A stretch of 64,000 nt of DNA. Origin: a virus. The notes beneath the pieces are model-generated. The model searched no databases and had not been told where the DNA came from. It was given only the letters and a program-made list of their open reading frames with translations. Each line of letters begins with the position of its first letter. Position 1 is the stretch's first letter. The stretch spans positions 1-64,000 of IMG/VR virus record IMGVR_UViG_3300023063_000001; one strand, given 5' to 3'. The translations under genes were made by a program, and so were the position numbers. Shown one piece after another: positions 57,547 through 64,000 of the stretch.

Positions 57547-58100
57547 TCAAACTCCTCAAGACTAAACCTTTTAAAAACAGACTCTATACAAGTTGAAGAA
57601 ACATTATATTTAGCTGCAAAATCTTTTTGTAAAACACCTTCAACCCTTTTCTTGCAATTCGTAAGAATATCTATAACAGCTTCCTTGTCTAATTTAGCTA
57701 ACTTACTTTCTAATTTAGAGGCTGTTACTTTAGTCAAACCCGTTGCAAGAGCATGTGATTTATTTTCAGCGTAGGTATTCCACTCAAGATTCTCTACTTG
57801 GTTGTTAGTCTTATTTCCATCAATATGGTTTATTGTAATCTTAGTTTCAGGATTAGGTATAAAAGATTTAGCAACTAGCCGATGGATCATACAAGTTTCC
57901 CTAACACCCTCTAAAGAATAAAAGTGTAGGGTTGGGTAGCCTGATGTACCAACTGAAAATTTAAGAATCTTTTCTTTATATGGGTAAACACGCCCATCTT
58001 TATAAATTATAGTTTTAGCTAAAGCTTTAACCCTACCTAAAGAACTAACTTGATATAAACCTTCATACCCTTGTATATCTTTCCAAACTTCTTCATTCAT
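57495..58100 (-). CDS. free-standing NUMOD4-HNH homing endonuclease
   Basis: EVWKDIQGYEGLYQVSSLGRV; HRLVA..FIPNP...NHIDGNKTNN..NLEW. Confidence 0.9.
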   Translation of the reverse strand: MNEEVWKDIQGYEGLYQVSSLGRVKALAKTIIYKDGRVYPYKEKILKFSVGTSGYPTLHFYSLEGVRETCMIHRLVAKSFIPNPETKITINHIDGNKTNNQVENLEWNTYAENKSHALATGLTKVTASKLESKLAKLDKEAVIDILTNCKKRVEGVLQKDFAAKYNVSSTCIESVFKRFSLEEFECQDKLLPPQADLKPSS

Positions 58101-58234
58101 GTAATTTAGTCTCTTAATAAAAAGAAAACTGTGTGCCTCCCGGCAAGACATGAGTATAGGAGCGTTTCACAACGAGTCCTGAATAGGTGAGGGCGTCATC
58201 CCGACGAGCCTCGGTGTTGCTTTTATACAACTCT

Positions 58235-58603
58235 TTACTCTTCACCACTCACATCATCAACACCGTCTTCAACGGCCTTCAGATATTTCACCTGCATAAC
58301 CGAGCGCTGGCGCCCCTTGACGCCTCGACTCTGAACTGCATCTTTGAAATCTTCCCACTCCATAGCCTCTAGATCTTCTGCTGTAAACACAGAGTCCTTC
58401 AAAGGAACAGGAATAGTATGAATCCCCGGTTCCATCCGTAGAGTCTTATCTGTCTCAATCACAAGACTTGCTGTCAACGGGAAACCTTTAAGACGTGGGA
58501 ATGTATTGTCTTTCAATACAAACCCTTGCTTACCAAGCTCAAGAATCTTCTTTACAAAATCAACAGGGCTACCCATTGATAAATTAACTGTTTGTTCTGC
58601 CAC
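58235..58603 (-). CDS. hypothetical protein
   Basis: GTG start after AAGGAG. Confidence 0.6.
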   Translation of the reverse strand: MAEQTVNLSMGSPVDFVKKILELGKQGFVLKDNTFPRLKGFPLTASLVIETDKTLRMEPGIHTIPVPLKDSVFTAEDLEAMEWEDFKDAVQSRGVKGRQRSVMQVKYLKAVEDGVDDVSGEE

Positions 58604-58751
58604 GTTTATTCTCCTTTGTTCTAGCTTGTGGGGAGAGTTTAACATTGATTTTACATCCCTGTCAATAGTCTGAGTGTTTATTTTCAACTATTTTAATAGA
58701 TTTATTAAATAACACCCATCCTTAGATGTTATCTATAAAGCTACTTTACTG

Positions 58752-60788
58752 TTATAACAAGACTTCTTGTGCTGACATAAATGTAAATGTAGGTGTTTGT
58801 GTTACGTTCACTGTCCTAAGACGCACAAATTTACCTAGTGGAATAACACCAGATAGATTTGCTGTACCAAGACTTGTGATACTAAGTACACCACCTGTAC
58901 TGTTCCCTGATGATGTGACAGTAGTTACGCCTGTCGTAAATCCAACCTCGTTTGCATACTCTAAATAAACTCTACCACTTGCTCCTGCAATCAATACAGC
59001 AGACACTGTAATATCTACAGCATAACTTACTATAGCATCTTGTGTTGTGCTGATTTGAAATGCAGTGTTTAAAGTACGTGTGGGGTTGGCAAACGTCCTT
59101 GTAGGAATGGGAAGAGTTGCTAATGATCCATCACCACGGACATATTGAGATACTGTACCTGTTGGAGTATTAAACTTAGTTGACAATCCGCTTGTCAATG
59201 CACTTGTTGTAGCATAAGTGGATAGTGTGGTTGTAAGGCTAGTTGTTGTTACACCATCTGTAATTCCATAACCACTTAATGTTGTAGGCTTACCTGTGAT
59301 CGTGCTGTATGGAATATTAGCACCTACACTAATCTTCCCATCAAGACTTGTCTGTAAGCCTGTCACATCACTAATAACATGTGTATGGTTTGTAGCTGCT
59401 GCTCCAACATCCAAATTGGTTAAGACTACAGCCCCTGTCTTTGTGTTAACAGACGTGACAGGGTAGGTAACAGTAGTAAGATAGCCACTGTCGTTTGTAA
59501 GCTGTGATGTCTTTGTTACAACTGTTGGAACACCTGTTAATGTACTATAAGGAATACTAGCCCCTGTAGCAATAGCTCCTACATCCGAAGCTGAAAGAAC
59601 AACAGTTCCTGTTTTACTATTGACACTTATGACAGGATAGTTTACAACAGGGATAGTTGGCTTATTAAGAATAAAAGCCACACCAGATGTTGCATTCCAA
59701 TCTGAATTCACTTGTGCAGCAGGAATTACAGGCGTTCCTGTAAGCTGTAAATAGGGGATTGCTGTACTTGTCCCAATCTTGCTATCCAGCGCGTTTTGTA
59801 GCCCTGTAACGTCTGCTATAACGTGAGTGTGTGGGGTAGGAACGAATGCAGCAGGAACGTTGCTTAGGCTCGTATATTTCCCGTCAAATAGGGCAGGTTT
59901 GTTCAATATCTGGCTAACACCAGCAACACTATTCCAATCACTGTTAACTTGTGTAGGAGATGCTGGTATTGTCACTGCACCAGTTTGTCCATTTACAGAT
60001 GTTACACTTGTTGCGGGGATCATTGCTTTTACAGCATTAAGATCATTGGTATCAACAAGACCAATATAATAGCCTTCTTGAATGATTGCTGAAATCTTTG
60101 GAATTCCTGTAGAGCTATTTCCTAGGAGTGCATAGTTGTCAGCAACAATATCAAATATTAAAGTTGTACCTGAAGTCAAGATAAGAGAGGTATCTTGATA
60201 ATCAATAATATTATCACCTGTTGAAAGGTTGGTGCCATTACTACCAGACACCCAAGCTGACTTACTAGGGAAATACTTTACTGCAATATTGCTTGTCTTG
60301 TCTCTAATTCTAAGCCTTACATTTGTCATTGCCGATGATGCTGTGAATATCAAAGCATTTGATCTAGCTGTAAGGGTTGTTGTGTATTCAAAAGAAATAG
60401 GAGATGTTAAAACATCGCTTCCTGATGTAGCTGAGAACGTCCGTTCGGCTTCTTTCAAATAAAAATAGTAGGGTTTTGATGAAGCTGCATTTCTTGGAAC
60501 TGAGTAGTCTACTAATTGGTACCTATTAAGGGACACCATATCTTGAATGGCAAGAAAACTTGCTGATTCAGATAGCCTTAAGACATCACCAAAATCCACT
60601 GATCCTGATTCTACAGCAAACCCTATTGGAGCTAGTAGGGCTCCTGAGGAAAGCATCATAAGGCCTGAGCCTTGCAGAGTTCCATCTTCTGCTTTATAAG
60701 GAACTTCGTTAACACCTAAATTATCTAGGTTAACTCCGCTATCCCCTTCAATGATTGTTGTATTGTTTCTATTAGGAATAATACTCAT
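58752..60788 (-). CDS. repeat-rich fibre protein (head/tail fibre-like)
   Basis: repeats VxSVNxKTGxV (x3), QVNSDWN..SG..ILNKP (x2), HTHVIxDVTGLQ (x2). Confidence 0.7.
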   Translation of the reverse strand: MSIIPNRNNTTIIEGDSGVNLDNLGVNEVPYKAEDGTLQGSGLMMLSSGALLAPIGFAVESGSVDFGDVLRLSESASFLAIQDMVSLNRYQLVDYSVPRNAASSKPYYFYLKEAERTFSATSGSDVLTSPISFEYTTTLTARSNALIFTASSAMTNVRLRIRDKTSNIAVKYFPSKSAWVSGSNGTNLSTGDNIIDYQDTSLILTSGTTLIFDIVADNYALLGNSSTGIPKISAIIQEGYYIGLVDTNDLNAVKAMIPATSVTSVNGQTGAVTIPASPTQVNSDWNSVAGVSQILNKPALFDGKYTSLSNVPAAFVPTPHTHVIADVTGLQNALDSKIGTSTAIPYLQLTGTPVIPAAQVNSDWNATSGVAFILNKPTIPVVNYPVISVNSKTGTVVLSASDVGAIATGASIPYSTLTGVPTVVTKTSQLTNDSGYLTTVTYPVTSVNTKTGAVVLTNLDVGAAATNHTHVISDVTGLQTSLDGKISVGANIPYSTITGKPTTLSGYGITDGVTTTSLTTTLSTYATTSALTSGLSTKFNTPTGTVSQYVRGDGSLATLPIPTRTFANPTRTLNTAFQISTTQDAIVSYAVDITVSAVLIAGASGRVYLEYANEVGFTTGVTTVTSSGNSTGGVLSITSLGTANLSGVIPLGKFVRLRTVNVTQTPTFTFMSAQEVLL

Positions 60789-60798
60789 TGTCTACTCC

Positions 60799-61095
60799 TC
60801 AATCAAGCGTCTGAATAGAAACTTTACCAGCATTAGTTCCCTTCAGCCAAACTCTACTTCCTGTAGGTACATCTGTAACTGTCGTCCATCGTTCCCCTGT
60901 CGTAGATCCTAAATCCCACCCATCAGTTGAAGCTACAGGAGGGGCTACAGCATTGATGTTAATATAAATAACGGCTGAAGCTTTGTTTCTAATGATCAGG
61001 GATGTACCGGGGCTTATGCCTGTAAGATCGTAAGCATCAATCCATGTGTTAGTGACTAGCTGTACATCATTAAGTGTATTACTCATATTAAACAC
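60799..61095 (-). CDS. hypothetical beta-rich structural protein
   Basis: 98 aa, late cluster. Confidence 0.6.
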   Translation of the reverse strand: MFNMSNTLNDVQLVTNTWIDAYDLTGISPGTSLIIRNKASAVIYININAVAPPVASTDGWDLGSTTGERWTTVTDVPTGSRVWLKGTNAGKVSIQTLD

Positions 61096-61193
61096 CTCTT
61101 ATTGTTATTCTAGGTGCCTTTCCAAGAGGTCTTTATAGCCACTGACAGACAAACAACGGCTTTTGTATGACACAGCCTCTTTCTGCTTAAACT

Positions 61194-61211
61194 AGGGGCC
61201 TTACGGCCCCT
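61194..61211 (-). terminator. GC hairpin with GUAA loop after SGNH gene
   Basis: AGGGGCC-GTAA-GGCCCCT; near-identical hairpin at about 23607-23622. Confidence 0.5.
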
Positions 61212-61219
61212 CACACATT

Positions 61220-62548
61220 TTAAAGTGCAGCTACGGTTGGTTGTACAACTGCTTGTAGCGCAACATAACCAGCGTTGCTGAAGTGTACGTTGTCACTTGA
61301 AGCCATACCTGATGCAATCTGAATTTGACCTGAACCATCATCAGCACCAGCAACAGCAGCTTGATAACCTGGCACTACTGCAACTCCACCGTAGTTATTG
61401 GTAAGAAGTGCAGCCTCACTATTCATAAACCGACGAACAGTTGTGTCATATGCACCAAGAGCACGGTATGCTGTGTTGGTTGGAGCACCTTCCAAGAAAT
61501 ACAGAGCAGGTGGAGCAGTCTTTAAGCTCACTGTTGAGAGTACACGGCTAAGGGCTGTGTAATCTTCTTGCAGAATAGCTGTTACGGTGCTGCTTGTATA
61601 AGTGTTGTTAATTGAATAGGGAGCATAGAACAATGCAGTAGGATTCACTTTATCCAAGTGGTTACTTACCATCTGTGAATAAGTGGCGGGGGTCTGTGCA
61701 TGTAAAGCCGCATTAAACCACTCAACAGGCGCTGTCGGCGAGGAAAGAGCAGCACAAGCACGTTGTACAGCACCAAACGCACGAATATCACCACCAATCC
61801 CTTCTACAGTACTGTCGCCATTCACCATAACTAGTTTACCAGCACGAGGGCTGAAATAACGGATAGCTGGGTGAAATACACTGTCATAACTAACAGTGGT
61901 GGTGGTGTAGTTGGCAGGAGTTGTAATACCGGCTACAGCTTGGTATGAACCTTTAAGGATAGGCTGAGCCTGACCTGAAGTAGCCCAGTAGTAGGTGTTA
62001 TTCGCCGGAATCATTGGAGAAATGGTGGTTGGGAATTGAATGCGTACACAAACAATAGCCTTGGTTCCGCTATCGGTGCGTGCCAAACTGCGAAGTGGAC
62101 TTACATCAAGAATGGTGTAAGAAGGAACTTCGTTTGCAATTTGGGCTGCAATGTTAATAGTGGTGGAACCGTTCAAAGTGGCGTTAGTCCACGTACCACC
62201 TGTAGGGGTGATAGGTACAACGTTATCAGCACCAATCGCACTGGCTACACAAACCTGAACAGTACAGCCGGCAATTGCTGGACCGTTGTTAGGAAGTATA
62301 ACTTGAAAACCATAAAAACTATCAGCCATGACTTCTTGGATTGAAGTGTGGGTTTCAATAGTTGTTGAGGCAGTTCGTGGAATGTAACGCCCAAACCTAG
62401 ACACAGTAAAGGTGTTGGTTAGTGGGCGTGTACGAACCTTAGCGGTGGTCAAGGCTGCTGGTAGGGTTGATGGTAAAGATGAAGGAAGAGCAGTTGTGAT
62501 AGCAGCAGGAAGCAATGCCGCCAGCGGTACTGAAATATCTGTGGTCAT
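61220..62548 (-). CDS. SGNH/GDSL esterase with N-terminal beta domain
   Basis: GDS (NGDSTVEG), block III-like YSINN, DxxH (DNVH). Confidence 0.8.
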   Translation of the reverse strand: MTTDISVPLAALLPAAITTALPSSLPSTLPAALTTAKVRTRPLTNTFTVSRFGRYIPRTASTTIETHTSIQEVMADSFYGFQVILPNNGPAIAGCTVQVCVASAIGADNVVPITPTGGTWTNATLNGSTTINIAAQIANEVPSYTILDVSPLRSLARTDSGTKAIVCVRIQFPTTISPMIPANNTYYWATSGQAQPILKGSYQAVAGITTPANYTTTTVSYDSVFHPAIRYFSPRAGKLVMVNGDSTVEGIGGDIRAFGAVQRACAALSSPTAPVEWFNAALHAQTPATYSQMVSNHLDKVNPTALFYAPYSINNTYTSSTVTAILQEDYTALSRVLSTVSLKTAPPALYFLEGAPTNTAYRALGAYDTTVRRFMNSEAALLTNNYGGVAVVPGYQAAVAGADDGSGQIQIASGMASSDNVHFSNAGYVALQAVVQPTVAAL

Positions 62549-62551
62549 GTA

Positions 62552-64000
62552 TTAACTTCCGTAAGTGACGTAATCGCCATTATAAGTAACTGGACTACCA
62601 TTATAAGTAACAGCATTCGAAGGTGTTGTTGAGGCAGTTTGTGGAGGGTGAGCAACAATAATTGGCAATACAACTGTATTATCAGCGCCACTAACCGGAC
62701 CAACTGCTGTGATAGAGCTAAAGCCATCACCAGCCGCCCAATACGTACCACTCCATTTGTAAGTGTCATAGAGGGTTAGGGATGCTGCAAAGTCTGTACG
62801 GTAGTTTGCAGAACTGGTGCTTGAATCACTTGGTACACCATATTCACCCATAAACACTTTGACAGTTTTCGCATCTGTCCACCTACCCACTGCGTTAACA
62901 TACAGAGGCATACGGTCACGAACATCTTGAGTCCATGCAGTTGTATATGCACCGCTGTAGTCAAGGTAGTGGTGAAGGGATAGTTGTGTCTTGTTGAGTG
63001 GGTCAATCCAAGGGACATCAGGCCACCAACCATAACAAGAACCGAATGCCATCAAACCTGAAGCTTGATCACCCTCCCACAAGCAATAACCCGTATAACC
63101 TGCGTTACGAACAGCAGCAATTGCAGTGTTTGTGGCGGTTGTTATACTTGCTGTAGGAGAACCATCATAAGACCAAGTAACATATGGCTGTAGAGTCGAC
63201 CCTTCAGTAATGTTAAAGTCTTCTACATAACCCATACCTACAAAGCCTTGCATGTTGAAGTTGTAGTACAGTAGGGTTTGACCAGAAGGCATTGTGAAAG
63301 TCAAGCTAACACGGCTACGACTTGTGGTAGCAACTAATGGTATGTTACCGAGTGCAACACCGCTAGCTGAAGCATACCCACCTGCTGCAAAGTACAGGAT
63401 GTGAGTACCACCAGTGGCAGTTGACTCGTAGGAGAAGCTAATTGTGTAAGTACTTCCCGCTACTAGCGTATCACCACCATCACTGCCATTAATCCTATGG
63501 CGAATAGCGTCTTTATACTGGGCTGTTGTAGCTGCCCATGAAAGACGACCTTGACCAGTTGTACCACCAAATGAAACGTTAGTGTAAGGTGCAGTTGTAA
63601 ACCAGTTACTTGTTGTCACTGGATTACGGTTGGTAGGATCGGTCATCAACTGCTTGTAAGGTCTAGCCGTTGGGTAGTAGTTGAACGCTGTAGAGGCAAT
63701 TGGTAGACCGGCTGGCTCGTTTACAAAGTCAATACCGTAAAACGCTGTCTTACCTTGAATATAGGTAGCTACGTTTGCCCAATCACTTGCCCAAGATGCA
63801 ACGCTATAGCTGCTTGAACCAAGTTGTACTTGTGCTCCACCCACATAACGTTTGGCGTAGTCGTGACCATCTAGGATAATTTGCATACCCGTTTGATCAG
63901 CATACCCTTGAACCAAATCAATCTGAGACTTACCAGTAGCATTTAATGCAGCGCCTGGGGTATCAAACCAGCGAGCCAAAAGAATTGGCAAGCGAATGAT
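62552..64000 (-). CDS. GH5 (cellulase-family) glycoside hydrolase with inserted CBM-like domain; 5' end outside window
   Basis: IRLP, ILDGHDY, VNEP (acid/base), HHYLD, MGEYG (nucleophile), YWAAG. Confidence 0.85.
   Translation of the reverse strand: MIRLPILLARWFDTPGAALNATGKSQIDLVQGYADQTGMQIILDGHDYAKRYVGGAQVQLGSSSYSVASWASDWANVATYIQGKTAFYGIDFVNEPAGLPIASTAFNYYPTARPYKQLMTDPTNRNPVTTSNWFTTAPYTNVSFGGTTGQGRLSWAATTAQYKDAIRHRINGSDGGDTLVAGSTYTISFSYESTATGGTHILYFAAGGYASASGVALGNIPLVATTSRSRVSLTFTMPSGQTLLYYNFNMQGFVGMGYVEDFNITEGSTLQPYVTWSYDGSPTASITTATNTAIAAVRNAGYTGYCLWEGDQASGLMAFGSCYGWWPDVPWIDPLNKTQLSLHHYLDYSGAYTTAWTQDVRDRMPLYVNAVGRWTDAKTVKVFMGEYGVPSDSSTSSANYRTDFAASLTLYDTYKWSGTYWAAGDGFSSITAVGPVSGADNTVVLPIIVAHPPQTASTTPSNAVTYNGSPVTYNGDYVTYGS

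Noticed and set aside
58235-58603. Small terminase subunit call
   Set aside because: Position is suggestive but no HTH/TerS motif is recognisable; left as hypothetical.
59270-60010. Repeats as a CRISPR array or DGR template/variable repeat
   Set aside because: They are degenerate protein-level fibre repeats; no fixed repeat-spacer period and no reverse transcriptase.
1-64000. tRNA genes, integrase, stop-codon reassignment
   Set aside because: No cloverleaf or recombinase motifs recognised by eye, and long genes are intact under the standard code. tRNAscan was not run.

Overview
This is an AT-rich segment of a tailed dsDNA bacteriophage genome with myovirus-type tail genes. It looks lytic (no integrase in the window), and the host is probably a gammaproteobacterium; Pseudomonas is suggested only indirectly. 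Layout: (1) 1-13 kb, minus strand: many small early ORFs behind near-consensus sigma70 promoters, plus a 2OG-Fe(II) oxygenase-like protein, a YadA-type trimeric autotransporter, a Zn deaminase and a 439-aa PolA/T7-RNAP-superfamily mini-polymerase. (2) 13-33 kb, plus strand: replication and nucleotide metabolism (C5 methylase, T7-like primase-helicase, family-B DNA polymerase, SSB, exonuclease, HNH nucleases, ThyX, class II RNR). (3) 33-64 kb, minus strand: GH5 glycoside hydrolase, SGNH esterase, fibre protein, terminase, head, tail, baseplate, tailspike and a lysis cassette with two spanin pairs. Main points of interest: a 170-nt ORF-less group I intron splitting the catalytic Cys codon of nrdJ; a helicase whose TOPRIM Glu appears lost, in a genome that also encodes a separate mini-polymerase (possible alternative priming system); a GH5 + SGNH pair that could attack acetylated polysaccharide; and RsmA/CsrA-like GGA hairpins, one in front of the endolysin. 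All calls come from manual motif recognition; no database searches were run.
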